From: Octopus sinensis
Taxonomy: Eukaryota
Direction: 5' to 3'
Length of the DNA stretch: 64,000 nt
Assembly: GCF_006345805.1 (NCBI RefSeq)
Contig: NC_042998.1
Location: 126,914,001 to 126,978,000 of the forward strand
Shown here: piece after piece, positions 25,875 through 39,060 of the stretch
Layout of the letters: every line of letters starts with the position of its first letter
Numbering within the stretch: position 1 is the first letter of the stretch
Position numbers and translations under genes: made by a program
The notes under the pieces: generated by a model
The model's database searches: none
Told to the model about the DNA's origin: nothing
Seen by the model: only the letters and a program-made list of their open reading frames with translations

Positions 25875-26091
25875 CGATGGGGTGCTGAAAAATTCCAGGC
25901 TTTGGGTAAAAGAAAATACAGAAGGATCAGTTAATTGTGATCTTATTCAACATCTTCCTCTCTCAGATTCACATACTTATTGCAGCGGTCCTTCAGTTTT
26001 TCTAAGCCCTGTAAAAAAACTCGGAAGGTTGGATCTCAAACCAGGCCTTTCGCAACACCCTTAGAACCAGAAACTTTTCAGCAGCCCATCG
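25875..26091. mobile_element. 217-bp mariner-derived MITE
   Basis: TA flanks (25873-74, 26092-93); TIR cgatggggtgctgaaaaattccagg / cgatgggctgctgaaaagtttctgg; second copy at 55789-56006. Confidence 0.85.
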
Positions 26092-27819
26092 TATTCTCTG
26101 CTTGGTGGATTACTTTGTCTAAGAACTACGGTTTTGGCTATCTACACAGCTTTAATAACCGTTTACAAAATACAAAAAGCGGGCTCCGCTTTTCAGTGAT
26201 CTTTTGACAAGAAATTACATGACACAATTGCAAATACTGACAAATCTAAACGAATTTCTATTCCCTGGAAGTGCGTAAAGTTTCTTTTTTTAATACAGGA
26301 CTCTATTTGTATTACCATTAATCATTCAATGTAAGGCTTTTTTGTATTGATACATGGAAAAACAGGGAAAGTATAAATATAATCAATTGACCCAACTTTT
26401 CCTATAGGCACCGAAAGTTAAAAGTCAAAGTCTACAAACAAACGAAAGTTCTTCTATGTTGTCGTTCGAACTGCTGGATATAGCAATGAAATTCACCTCA
26501 TGTCTTAAAAGTAAGAGAAAAATGTAATAATCTAGTCTTAGATGCAGAGTAAGATAAAAGTGGTAGGGCTGAACTGCTTTTATCATACCAAAAGTGGGAT
26601 GGGGGTTGTTAGGGAAAAGGATTTAATTCGACCTCAATAAGATCTGAACTCAGCTTGATAAAGTATTACGATGCATTTTATCCAATACATTACCAGTCCG
26701 CCATTTAACCACTCTCAAGCTAGCCATAATGCAATAATTAATGGATGTTAAATTTATTTCTAATAGGAAATATAGAAAATTAGTGTTGAGCAGTCGTGGT
26801 TGAAGAAATCCCACTTCACGGAAATATTTTGTTTAAAATCAAATACAGGAAAAGGAAAGAAAACAAAGACAACAGTACCAAAAATCTCAAGCTAAACAAA
26901 CAAAAAACAACAACAAAATTCCAATGAATAGACAAATAAACAGATGAAATCAAATTAAGCAAAAAAATTCTAATAAAAATTATTATTGATGAGGAATTTT
27001 TGCATAAAGTGATTTCATTTTTATTCTGATGATGGAACACACTATTGGATTATATCTAAAATAAAAATAAAATCCAGTAAAACTGCGGAAAGAATTAGAA
27101 AACAAAAATTAATGAATGAGGCAATTTAAAAATATTTTAAGCATTATATTAGCAAACTTAACGGTTATTTGTAAAAAAACTAAAATCAAAGAAATAAAGA
27201 AGAAAATATAAAATAAATAAATTCATACACTTCCATCACATTTGGAATTGTAGAAAAATCGGGACAAGATGCTGAAAAATGGAAATTGTCTCTTTTTTTC
27301 TTGTTTTCATGCTTTTTATTATCTTTTTGAATGATATTAACTTTTTAGCCGTTGCTTCTAATTTCTGCTTCCATAAGTTGGTTGATTGCGAAGAAAATTT
27401 GAACATTTGCATTAATTCTTAAAGCAGTCATTATATGAATGACACAAAGTAAGATTTTCTTAATTTGCTACTCAACCGTGGAGAGAAACTGGCGCCTATA
27501 TTCTTAAGAAATTTTCGCCAGACATATTAATTATAATCATGATGCACACGCAGAGACACACGTACGTATGCACACGCATACAAAAAAAATTATATTGGTC
27601 TTTTCGTATTTGTAATGCAGTGGTAAGGAAAATTGTCTACCGTGCCTTAAAGGAATTATAAAAAAAACTGTCCCATCATGAAAGAGGATTGAGAAAACAG
27701 TGAGTTACTGCATTTATTAACAATATGTTTGCAGCGTTTGAAAAGACATAGGCTGGCTTTTAATTTGTATTAGCATCCTGTGAGGACACGTTTCGCATTC
27801 TGAAGCATCACAAGCTGAG

Positions 27820-28220
27820 AAAGCACAACAAATGTTTGGTTTGCAAGCAAATAAGCACAAAAAATAATAACATCGTCAGAGCAGCTAAGACAATTTTCTC
27901 TCTGATGAATATTGGAAAACCTAGTAAACATAATATCAAAATATAGCTCTGCTGACTGCAGAGGCTGTATATGGGAACTTAGAACGAAAACATAGACAAT
28001 ATAGAGGATATAGCTTTTCAAAAGACTAGTATGGATTACAAAGCAGCTTATAATATCACACCTGGAAGAGATACGTAGATGTTATCTCGAAGCTATAAAT
28101 CTCCAGTCTGCATGAAAGTCAAAACATACCAGCTTACAAACATGTCGATTATGCAAAACCCCCGCCTTACTCATAGCTAACTACGAGGGAATACTCTCCA
28201 AATGCTACCTCCCTATGACG
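27820..28220 (+). pseudogene. Possible highly degenerate R4/Dong fragment
   Basis: SMDYKAAYNITP (cf. WIDYKKAFDSIP) and CRLCK pieces only. Confidence 0.3.
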
Positions 28221-28609
28221 TATGCTGTAGTAGCCTTAGCAATATGGAATAGGAAAAGATGAACACATTGCGGCTGATATATGATAAGAAAATTAGTGAA
28301 GCAAAAAGCTGAAAACAACATCCCTGACCTGACAAATGCAAAAACAATTCGGCACGGTTTTTCGGTTGTAAATGTTAGCTTTCCACTTGACAAAACAGGA
28401 GAAAAAGAAAGTTATAGCAAAATTTTCAAACAGTTTATCATAAACTTAAGAACCGAAAAGATGAACCTACACTAAGATGTAAACCCCAATTTTACTCAGC
28501 ATTCTATATTAATATATGTTTATTATTATATATGTATATTATTTGCATTCGGTGTTGACTGTACTGCACAACAGTTACATATATATCTATATGTATGTAC
28601 ATATATATA

Positions 28610-28642
<33 letters not shown>

Positions 28643-29227
28643 CATAAGTATGTGTGTGTGTATTAGTAGATATATAAATCCCCCCCACACACACACGTAC
28701 ATATAGATTTATTATCTTGACGGTTTTTATATGCGGGAGAAAACCTTCCATACGTCGCTTTGTAATTTAAGACAGCAGGGTTTGTTTTGAGGGAAATTTG
28801 GTTGTTATGTCTGATAAGAAGTGTCTACACTCTGAGACCACGAGATAAATTTTGTTGTCATATTTCCAGATAAGTAGTACTGAAAAAAATATATAATGAA
28901 CGATATTACAGTCACAATAATCCCATCCATTATCTCCCAGAAAGTAGTGTGCGCTTGCAAGAAATTTAGCTGTTGCTTTCAATATGCTGAGTGACCATGT
29001 TTCGGTTGAACGATATGGTCTTCTGAATTATCCTTTCTCTTACTTGTTTATCTCTTCTTTTTCCTCACTCTCCTCTTCTCCTTCTGTCTGTCTTACATTT
29101 CCATATATTCAGAATAAGCTGTTGAACTAACAAGCAAATTACTTCATTACATCAGAGACTGTGTTTGGAGACGGTGTGAGTTTTGACTTAGGCAGAAAGT
29201 AAAGAAAGAAAGGAATCTTTTTCGGTG

Positions 29228-29530
29228 CAGGTATGGCTGCATGGTAAGAAGTTTACTTCCCAATCATATGGCTCAGGGTTCAGTCCACTGAATCTCTTCT
29301 ACTATATCCTCGAGCCGACCAAAGCCTTGTGAGTGGATTTGGTAAACGGAAACTGATAGAAGCCAGTTGTATACCTCTTTCTCACTCTCTCTCACTTTCT
29401 GTTTGTCTTCGTGCCTGTGTTTACCCCGCCCCTACTGCTTGACAACTGGTGTTGTTTTGTTTACCTTCCTGTAACTTAGCGGTCCGGCAAGAGAGAACGA
29501 TAAATTAAGTACCAGGCTTAAAAAGAAAGT
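29228..29530 (+). mobile_element. SINE family B
   Basis: ggtgcaggtatggctgcatggtaagaag..cagggttcagtcc..ccgaccaaagccttgtgagtggatttggtaaacggaaactga. Confidence 0.75.
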
Positions 29531-30139
29531 AATGGAGAAGATATGTAAACAGTCTAATGACACATACATGCATATATACATACATACATATTGACACTGT
29601 AACATCATTATATGGTGCGAAATATGTATGTTGGATTTTGTGGGCAGGTTAGGTGTTTTGGTTGGAAAATAAAAACTGAGGCATCCTAATTTAGAATTAT
29701 TCACAATGAATCCTCTTAATTGATTAATAGAATACTAGAATATTCGAGAAATATTTAATGGGCGAAAAAATAAAATATATCACTGTAAGTATGTGATAGA
29801 AAGAAAGTAATTCGTTCAACTGAAAGACGTAGATTTTAGACAAATGTATGTTCATATTAAGTAGTTAAATGTGTTTTTTAATAGGAAGACTATTTCAGAA
29901 GATTACTGTATATCATTAAAAATAAACATGTGGGTTTATGTAATTGCAAACATATAGAAAACTATTTAAAGTAACAGAATGAAGCATTCTCATTCTGTGA
30001 AAACTATAATCTGTGTGGTTATAATGGAGTAAAACACGCGGAGAAAGGAATAGCATGTAATACATTGTGTATGGAGATAATAAATAATAATCAAAATTAG
30101 AAAGGAATATATAATACATACACACGTGCGTGGGTATGC

Positions 30140-30140
<1 letters not shown>

Positions 30141-30188
<48 letters not shown>
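30141..30188. repeat. (GT)n microsatellite
   Basis: Directly visible. Confidence 0.95.
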
Positions 30189-30192
<4 letters not shown>

Positions 30193-30482
30193 CTTGTGAA
30201 TTACCGTTAAGCTGTTTGTTGAATATACTTCGAAGTTATGGAAACTATGGTTCTCGATGTAGAGAGTGATGTATCATATGTATTTGAGAAAGAAATTTGT
30301 AGAAAAGTAGAATGGAAGATACATTTATTCTCACGATCAAATATAACGAATACGTTCTTGGTAAATCAAGTTAACTTAAGGTCGAATAGATTCCGAAGAT
30401 ATTGTGACTAAGAGTATGCTTAGGAATATTATAATTAGTAAATAGAAAATTTCAAAGGGATCGGATATGTATTATAGAATTA

Positions 30483-31375
30483 CGAATTACATTCCAGAAT
30501 TTTTTGGTCTTTTTCAGTTCAGACATTAATTGCGAAGAAGTACAAAACTTTAATCTACTTCAAATTAGGATCCTCTGACTTCAATACACTCATTGTAGCT
30601 CTCCAGCCACACAGTGAAATCCCAATTGAAGTCCTTCAAAATGAAGGCATCCACAGCCCTTGTCATAGCCTCTTTATCTTTAAAACAACTCTCCCTAAGT
30701 GTCTCCTTCAGCTTGGGGAACGGTCAAAAGTCACAAGGAGCAAGGTCTGCACTGTAAGGTAGGTGAGAGGCAGTTTTGATAACCATCTTTCGCAAGTATT
30801 TGGTTACCAGGATGATCATCAATGAGCATTCTGGGAACAAAATTTGTACAAATTTCGTGCATGTTCAGATCTTTATGAATAATTCTATGTACGGTTTCCA
30901 CACCAACTTTATGCTTGTTCTCTTTAAAGACAGAAGATCCTCATCATCCAGAAGATTGCGAAGTTTCCCAACCAGATTTGATGATCAGATGTCTCTCTAC
31001 TTTCCACACATCTTGTCTCTCACCTCTCTAGCGTCCTTGAACCTCATGTACCAGCAAGGAATTTAATACATTAGCAATCTGAAGCATTTATTAAGTTTCT
31101 TTAGCGTTTGGCCCAGTTTAACACAACACTTTATTGCATAGCGAGCTACCAAACCTCCGCACTGCATTCTGCAAACTAGATGATTGTGACCAGCAGTGCT
31201 TATTGTGTTTAAAGTGCTGCTACAGCTGTCCCCTTCAGTCTGAAATAACAAAAGTTGGCAGGTTAGCTTGCTAGATGTATAGTAATGGTATACTAAAATT
31301 ACAATAATTTAGAGCAGTTACAAGTGCCAGTCTCAAAAAAAAAAGAAAATCTCAAATCTTCTGAAATGCACCTTG
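30483..31375 (-). mobile_element. Internally deleted mariner element
   Basis: Minus-strand pieces WYMRFKD, HKDLNMHEICTNFVPRML joined to HLPYSADLAPCDF*PFPKLKETL..ECIEVRGS*FE; most of the catalytic domain is missing; weak TIRs. Confidence 0.75.
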
Positions 31376-31487
31376 TATTCTAGGTGATTCAGTTATAATT
31401 TAAAAAAACCTTGAGTAAAACTAGATAAAATAGAACTGTTGTGTATTGCTGAAGTTTATAAGGTGTCATCTATGTTACACTACCAGC

Positions 31488-31554
<67 letters not shown>

Positions 31555-31567
31555 TGATGATGATGAT

Positions 31568-32836
31568 AACCCCCCAAAAAACACACAATGAAAAGGCCCC
31601 TTGGATTGATAGAATATCTACAGACTTAGACTCCTTAGAGGAGCAAAAGTGAGAGGTTGTCAAGGTAGCAGATATAAGATCTGCTCTCAAGCGGTTAAGC
31701 AAATGGAAGTCTTTAGGAAAGGATAAAATTCATTCCTAACTTCTGGTTGAATGCCTTCACAGAGAACCATGAACTGCTAACAGAAATTTACAACGTTGTT
31801 TTGCAACACCCTAGTATGATACCCTATTGGCTAGTTAATGGTTTAACTTTCCTGCTTCCAAAGAGTGAAGAAACAAATGAACCAAAAAATTATAGACTCC
31901 TAACCTGCTTAACTACTATGTATAAAACGCTAACATCTGTCCTGACTGAATATACCTATAGTTTTTTAATAGAAAGCAGCATATTCCCTAATGAGCAAAA
32001 AGGATGTAAACGTGGATCATATGGTTGTAAAGATCAGTTGCTCATCAATACGATGATCTTATAAGATTGTCACAAATGACACAAAAACTTGTCTATAGCC
32101 TGGATAAACTATAAAAAGATTTTGATAGCCTACCATATAGCTGGATTAAGAAAAGTCCGAAAATGTATAAACTAGCGCCAAATCTGCGAAACATTTTCTC
32201 TGTAAGTATGAGATCGTGGAGAACCACACTGATTTTGAACAGTGACAATGAATCTCTAAATGCTGGAGATGTAAACATTTCATGTGGCATTTTCCAGGGT
32301 GACTCACTATAACCACTCCTCTTTCGTTTAGCCTAAATGCCTCTCTCAAAATTGCTCAATGATGCACGGTACGGTTATAAAAAATTTAATAAAAATATAA
32401 ATCATCTCATTTACATGCATGATTTAAAGCTCTTTGCAAAAATCACCACCAAAACTCAAGGGGTTACTGGCGTTTGTTAAACAACTCAGTGATGACATCA
32501 GAATGCAATCTGGCCTTGAAAAATGTGCAAAAGCTTTATCAAAGGAAAAATGACAGAAACATCTCACGTTAAACTTGAGTTGCAGAATGTCATTAAAGAG
32601 TTAGACCCAGCGGAGAGCTATAAATACCAAGGGTTACTTGAAGGGGACGGAATCAGGCATTCAGTGATTAGGGAAAGGATCAGCAGAGAATGTTATCGCA
32701 GGGTGAGAGCAATACTCTAGACAGAGCTGAATGCGAGAAACAGGATCGAAACGATCAATACCAGTCGTGATTTACAGTTTCAACATCATTAACTGGTCAA
32801 TTACTGAAATATGCAATCTTGACAGAAAAATACGAA
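31568..32836 (+). mobile_element. R4/Dong LINE RT-domain fragment bounded by (AAT)n on both sides
   Basis: PKNYRLLTCLTTMYK, EQKGCKRGSYGCKDQLLIN, AWINYKK, GIFQGDSL, HLIYMHDLKLF, YKYQG, ends at CNLDRKIRK; many stops. Confidence 0.9.
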
Positions 32837-32845
32837 AATAATAAA

Positions 32846-32926
<81 letters not shown>

Positions 32927-32927
<1 letters not shown>

Positions 32928-33530
32928 TCCTGAGGCAGTACCAGGCAGTGTCTCTTGTGGCTTCTGATCTATGCCCTGATGCAGTACCAGGCAGTGGCTC
33001 TCGTGGCTTCTGATCTTAACTGATTGGAAGTGTTATCATGTACATTGATTTGTCTTGGTATAAAAGATGGACTACAGTAAATATTCTGCTCAGTACTACA
33101 GATTTACTTGTCAGTTGTTTGATCTTAACCAGTTGACCATGTTCCTTAGTGGCTGACGATATGTGCATCTCTGATCACGAGCAGAGGTAGTGGGAGGGGG
33201 AGCATCATAGCCATGTGTTGAGAGGGATTCTTTGGGGTTTGAATAATTCTCCTTTGGGAACATGGGTAGCTCGTTCGACTTCCTCAAGCAACCTTTAGTC
33301 AAGAACCTTTTGAGTGGGATGGTTTACTCGACCAGAAAAAAATTCTAACTGGGCCCCACTTGCAAGGTCATACGCTGTTTATCTTGATATGAGACCACTA
33401 TGTCGCGCACATATGTCACTGAAGCATGTGCCTGGTGTACCCTTATCAGACGGGTAGTCATGATGGGTATACTGGGCTTCGTATATTTTACCCCAGAATC
33501 ACTTCGATGACATGCCCTGCTCTCTCACTC
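32927..33530 (+). mobile_element. Non-coding 3' UTR-only copy of the long-UTR Dong lineage
   Basis: Same sequence and same 3' end (ctctctcactc then AAT repeats) as 6790-7103 and 43992-44471; 46-bp-period tandem duplication at its 5' end (32929-33016); (AAT)n both sides. Confidence 0.85.
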
Positions 33531-33589
<59 letters not shown>

Positions 33590-33599
33590 TAATAATAAT

Positions 33600-33712
33600 G
33601 GTTTCAAATTTCAGCTCAAGCTCAACAATTTCGGGTAGCCTGATGAGTCAAATACGTTGACCCCAGTACGCAACTGGTACTTATTTTATCGACCCAGAAA
33701 AAGGATAATAAT
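33600..33712 (-). mobile_element. SINE family A, 3' part
   Basis: gaccccagtacgcaactggtacttattttatcgaccc. Confidence 0.6.
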
Positions 33713-35949
33713 AATAATAAGATGATGTATAAGAATAATGGAGCAATTTTCTGAAAATGAAGTACGTTGAGGAGAATGTTATGCTATAGAATTTATATGT
33801 ATAGGCAAACATATATTTGTTTGGTAAAATAGTGAATATTGGCTGTTAGTGGTTATGTTAAATAGATAACATTCGTGGACGAGTTGTACAGACCAGTATG
33901 TGTGTTAAGCAATTTTATATTATATTTGATTACTTCGATAAAATACGAAACAATTAAATATTCGAACATTTTATACCTTTTATCTGAGAAATAATTAAAT
34001 TATAACTGTACAGTAGATAACCGGATAATCTATGCTATATCGCCTCTATGTCGGGATGTTAGTGTTCTGCCATTTTTATGAGTAAAAAAACCCATCTGCT
34101 GTAATATATTTATTAACCATTATACTAAAATTACTTTTGAAGTTATACATTTAAGAACAACCTGTTATTGCAGCATCATTTTCTAAACTAGTCTATATTA
34201 GTGTGTAATAGATAATGATTCGCTTTTAAAAATAGTTTTGTAAAAAGTTTGTTTCACACCGTAAATTATTGTCACTTTTGTTCACATAAAGACGGCTTTA
34301 AAACCTTCCATACTTGTGTATTAAATTCAATATCCACTTCACTATATGAGCTATATAGCTATATAGCTATTCATTTATGCTTTGACTCATGATTAAATGT
34401 ACCTCACAATTCTCCTAATAATACAAGGAATATCTTTGAAAACACTCGACATTTTATGCACTTATACTTCTATATTTAGGACTAAACCTAACTGCCTTTA
34501 TTCTCGGTTCTTCCTATCTCGATATTCCCAACAACTACCTTACTGTAACTACAAATATGATATACCTGCAACTGTCTCCTTATTTTACGAATTAAACTGA
34601 CCAAGACAACAGAATTCTTAGCTTATAAAGAGCAAAACAGTATTGGCTAATAATTTATATAATAATAATTCCAAATATTACATTACATTAAACAATGTTG
34701 TTTCCCATTAGCACCTGTACATCTGTTCTCCCACTTATCACCTTTAATATTGATTTATCTCTTCATCCATTTCTCACTCAGCTGACCTTTGATATGGTCA
34801 GATGATTACACATAACCTAAAAGACAATATGATGACTTTGAATCTTTAATTTTATCCTTTGAAAACCATACTAATGTTCATCGAACATTAGACAAGTAAA
34901 TGTTACATTAGATAGAGAGCATAATATCTCTCGTACAGCCATATATGTTCTCCCACATTTCACTTAGCTGACATTTGCCATGAAACATCTTTTTAAAAAA
35001 GTAAAATATATAACTATGTGTACTAATGATTGACTCAAAATATTTAAATATTAATATTAACGTACTAGTAATCATCGTTCTCATACATATAATGCATTTC
35101 TAACACATTTTGCCAGACAATTTACAACACTTATAATCTGCGCAGTTACATCTTTTCAAAGTTAAACATTATCCATATCCTATCAGAATTTCGTTTCCTT
35201 TAGCCAGTCGTTTTTGCATTGAATATTAAATATAAAATACCACTGTCAAAAGTTAAGGACTCTTTTCCATTATTCTGCTAAAAATGTACAAACATATGCA
35301 TTTAAAAGAGCCTTACATTAATGTGCATACAATCATAGAACGGCATTAACGGCAATATTTTGTCTCAAAGATACATCCAAGAGGCTTTGATTTTATTTGG
35401 TCTTCTCAGTGACGAATATCCCTAGACGTTGTTAGCAAAGCTGAAAATACGTGTTCCTATACAGAAATCGTGAAAGAAAACATTTACTAATTTGTGAGAA
35501 AGCTAACCAGGCTGGAAGTAAACCGATCTCTATATGCATTAGACAACATAACATTCTCCTCAACTTTCTTAGTTTGCAAGTAATTACTTCACCCTTTTGC
35601 TATTAGGCCGACATAGCCGACTCTCTATTAAATTTTCCATGTTCGGTTTCTCTAAAAACATATTTTCAAAAAATTATATCTAACTTTCCCATTTATTCTC
35701 ACCCTGGTGATACCTCTTTCTTTCATTCAGCCTTCCTAATTTATTACTTCGATAAATATACAGTCTTAGCCTCGATAACTTACATATCTCTTTAACATTT
35801 TATATCGCTTACAAAACGAAGGTCAGTTATCTTAAAATCAGAGACCTAGCTCCAATGCTTGAAACATAAGGAACTTCAGCAAGACACTCAAGGTTCAGTC
35901 GTTGAGTTGAAACAGGGTGATGGAGTAAATCGATCACCTGAGACATATA

Positions 35950-36160
35950 TTGGTTTCCCAATTTTGGCACAAGGCCAGCAGTTTCAGAGGAGGGAAAGTT
36001 TATTACACCGACTCCAGTACTGAACTGGCCCTTATTTTATCAACTCCGAAAGTATGAAAAGCAAAGTCGACGAAGGTGGACTTTGAACTCAGAACGTAAA
36101 GACGGATGAAATGCTGCTGAGCATTTTGTCCGGCGTGATAACGATGCCGCCAGCACGCCA
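35950..36160 (-). mobile_element. SINE family A
   Basis: aattttggcacaaggccagc..gcaaagtcgac..tttgaactcagaacgtaaagacgg. Confidence 0.8.
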
Positions 36161-36266
36161 TCCTTACCCAAGACATATATTAACGATAATACGAACCAGT
36201 AAACGTTGCGTACGTGTGCGCTCGCGTACATTTCACACACACACACACACACCACACACACACACA

Positions 36267-36300
<34 letters not shown>

Positions 36301-37057
36301 CACACACACAAATTCATTCTGTTTACTTTTTATTATTTTTCATCATTATTTATCACTGAACTGATTGTACTTATTAGACTTCCATTAATTTCTATATCAT
36401 TCGCTGTCCTTCCTTACTTGTTGTGATCCTTTATAACAATAGACACTCCAGTTTTCACAAAAAATAAACAAGCACTATTCTATTACCTTAATAATTGACT
36501 TTTTTCTAAGTACTGCAATAAAATAGCTTTCTTTATTAGATATGCACATAATTAGGTTTTCTTCTACACACCTAGAACTTGTGGTGACTTCACTTTCCTT
36601 ACTCTTATATTTCCCGATTAATTGCCTAACATACGCATATACCCAGCATACATATGAGCATACGCACTCATAAGGACACACACACACATAGTTATCTTCG
36701 TTACTTTCATTACTGTGTCTTGTCATATGGCAGCATTTAACTCAGTATGCAACACTTGAGGCTAGGATAAATATATTACTATATTATTGAGTACTGACTT
36801 CGCACAAACGAGTGCACGCGCGTACCCATACATATACACACCTATATAGATATACGCGCGTTATAAAAGACATAAAAATTAACGTGGTACATAAACATAT
36901 GGCCAAAAATATGTCGTACCACTATTTTAAACCACATATTTTCTCCAACCCTATATGAATTACCAAGAAATTTGATTCCAAAACAAAAGTATCAGTCTCA
37001 AACCCATCATATCTATTCTCATATTTAGCTAATACAGTGAAATGGAAATATTAGTTC

Positions 37058-37260
37058 CAAATTTTGGCACAAGGCCAGAAATTTTGGGAGACGAGATGAG
37101 TCGATTACATCAACCCCAGTCCTCAACTGTTACTTATTTTATCGACCTTGAAAGGGTAAAAGGAAAAGTTGACACCCGCAACATTTAAACTCAGAACGTA
37201 AAATCGAAAGAAATGGACCAAACACTTTTCCCGGTTTTGGCAACGATTCTGCCACTTCGC
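37058..37260 (-). mobile_element. SINE family A
   Basis: aaattttggcacaaggccag..gtcgattacatcaaccccag..aactcagaacgta. Confidence 0.75.
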
Positions 37261-38156
37261 AGATATATTAACGTATGCACAACGCATTCTCTTAAACATG
37301 GCGTTTCTATGTTAGTACTTATAACGTTTTACAATCACTTATGTTTAAAATCGTAGCTGTTAATACATGCGAAATAGTTTTGCATGTACATATAACTATA
37401 TCAAGCAAATATTTTTAACGTCTATTAATATATGCATACCTGTATTGGATGTATTACTCAATATATATAGCCTTATCAGTCACATAGCATTTATATCATA
37501 AAATAGCTCACCCATAATATATTTCTTCAACTTTGAAAATAACTAACTAATCTTCTCTACAATATCTTATATTACAAATAATTAAATTCACCACAACCTT
37601 TGTAAATTTGATTAATGTAATTTAGTAATTTTGCAATATAATTTTATTCATGTTAATCAAGTATCAACTAAATATGTTGCATAATATCTCTATCATATAC
37701 TTTTCAATTAATTGCTTTTTTAATTAGATGATTATTAAGTTATTAATTAGAAAATATAAAATGTATATTGTGTTATTTATAAATATAGAAAAAAAATCAC
37801 CAGCTTAATTAAAGTCATGCACCTCTATCGATATGATAATAACTGACTTGCCTGCAGAAGATAACTCTGAATGGAAATAAAGATAGTCGACATGTCTGCA
37901 GTGAGACAGAATAAAAAATTTACATGGAAACTGACATTTCCACAGAAGTACCTCCTGCTGGCAACACATTGCGTTAGTATTCAGGTGTTTCATGAAGGAA
38001 GCCAGGAAGGAAAAATTATAACAGCTAAGGTTAGAAAATTTCAAAATTATCATCAGTTATGCCAATACCATGGCCACCATATTTATCATCGATGTCAGTA
38101 CAGCCACCAGAATGATTATTAACGGTATTCAGTTATCATGAGAATTATTGTTATTG

Positions 38157-38380
38157 AAGACGGCGAGCTGGCAAAATTGTTATCACGCCGCGCTAAATGC
38201 TTAGCAGCCTTCTGTCCGTCTTTACGTTCTGAGTTCAAATTCCGCTGAGGTACACTTTGCCTTTCATCCTTTCGGAATTGATGAAATAAGTATAAATTGA
38301 GTACTGGAGTCGATGTAATTGATTTACCCCTCCCCTAAAATTTCAGTCCTTGTATACCTATATTAGAAAGGATTATTATT
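38157..38380 (+). mobile_element. SINE family A
   Basis: cggcgagctggc head, core and att tail. Confidence 0.85.
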
Positions 38381-38597
38381 ATTTGGACTATCAACAAAAT
38401 ATATACTTTTCTTTTTCTGCTGTTGGATTCAATTTTCTTAGAGTTTTAGTATTTGAGGTTCTCTCATCCTTACATAGCTGAAACTTTGTACCGATTCGTG
38501 AGGGGTGTAAATGGCATTCTATATCAATTTTTCATTCGACCGTAGTTGTATGAATTTCTTACACTCTCCTGTTTATTGCATATTATATTCGAATGTA

Positions 38598-38866
38598 GTT
38601 CTATATTCAAGAGATGAGGAATTATGTACATAATTTACATTTGACGGATATTTGTTCTCATCTTGTTTGTTAACAAAACGTTTCGGCTGATATACCCTCC
38701 AGCATAAATCAGGTGTCTTGGGGAAATTTCGAACCTGGATTCTCATTCCTATGGTATTTTTTGATGTTGTTGTTATTATCATCATCATCATCATCATCGT
38801 TATTCAGGTCACTGCCTGGAATCGAACTCGGAATCTTGGGGTTACTAGCCCGATCTTAACCACTAC
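38598..38866 (-). mobile_element. tRNA-headed, hammerhead-bearing short element, inverted copy (5'-truncated in the A box)
   Basis: Reverse complement of 38867-38945 plus 42225-42362; internal (GAT/AAT)n linker. Confidence 0.8.
38672..38717 (-). ncRNA. Decayed minimal hammerhead (core CTGATTT)
   Basis: GACAC-CTGATTT-ATGCTG-gagggtatat-CAGCC-GAAAC-GTT-TTGTT; homologous to 42269-42314. Confidence 0.5.
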
Positions 38867-38873
38867 GGGCATA

Positions 38874-38928
38874 TAGCATAGTGGTTAAGAGCGCAGGCTA
38901 CTAATCCCAAGATTCCGAGTTCGATTCC
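38874..38928 (+). promoter_or_regulatory. Internal Pol III type 2 promoter (A and B boxes)
   Basis: A box TAGCATAGTGG 38874-38884; B box AGTTCGATTCC 38918-38928; tRNA-like spacing. Confidence 0.7.
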
Positions 38929-38939
38929 AGGCAGTCACT

Positions 38940-39012
<73 letters not shown>

Positions 39013-39060
39013 TAATAATAATAATAATAATAACAATAATAATAATATATTATGATAATA

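Noticed and set aside
33637-33670. CTGATGA followed by a GTCAA/TTGAC stem
   Set aside because: No GAAA after the stem; lies in a SINE A fragment.
38867-38941. Possible genuine tRNA gene
   Set aside because: Acceptor stem cannot form (GGGCATA vs CAGTCAC), T stem is broken and the anticodon differs between the two copies (ACT vs AGT); it is a SINE-type head.
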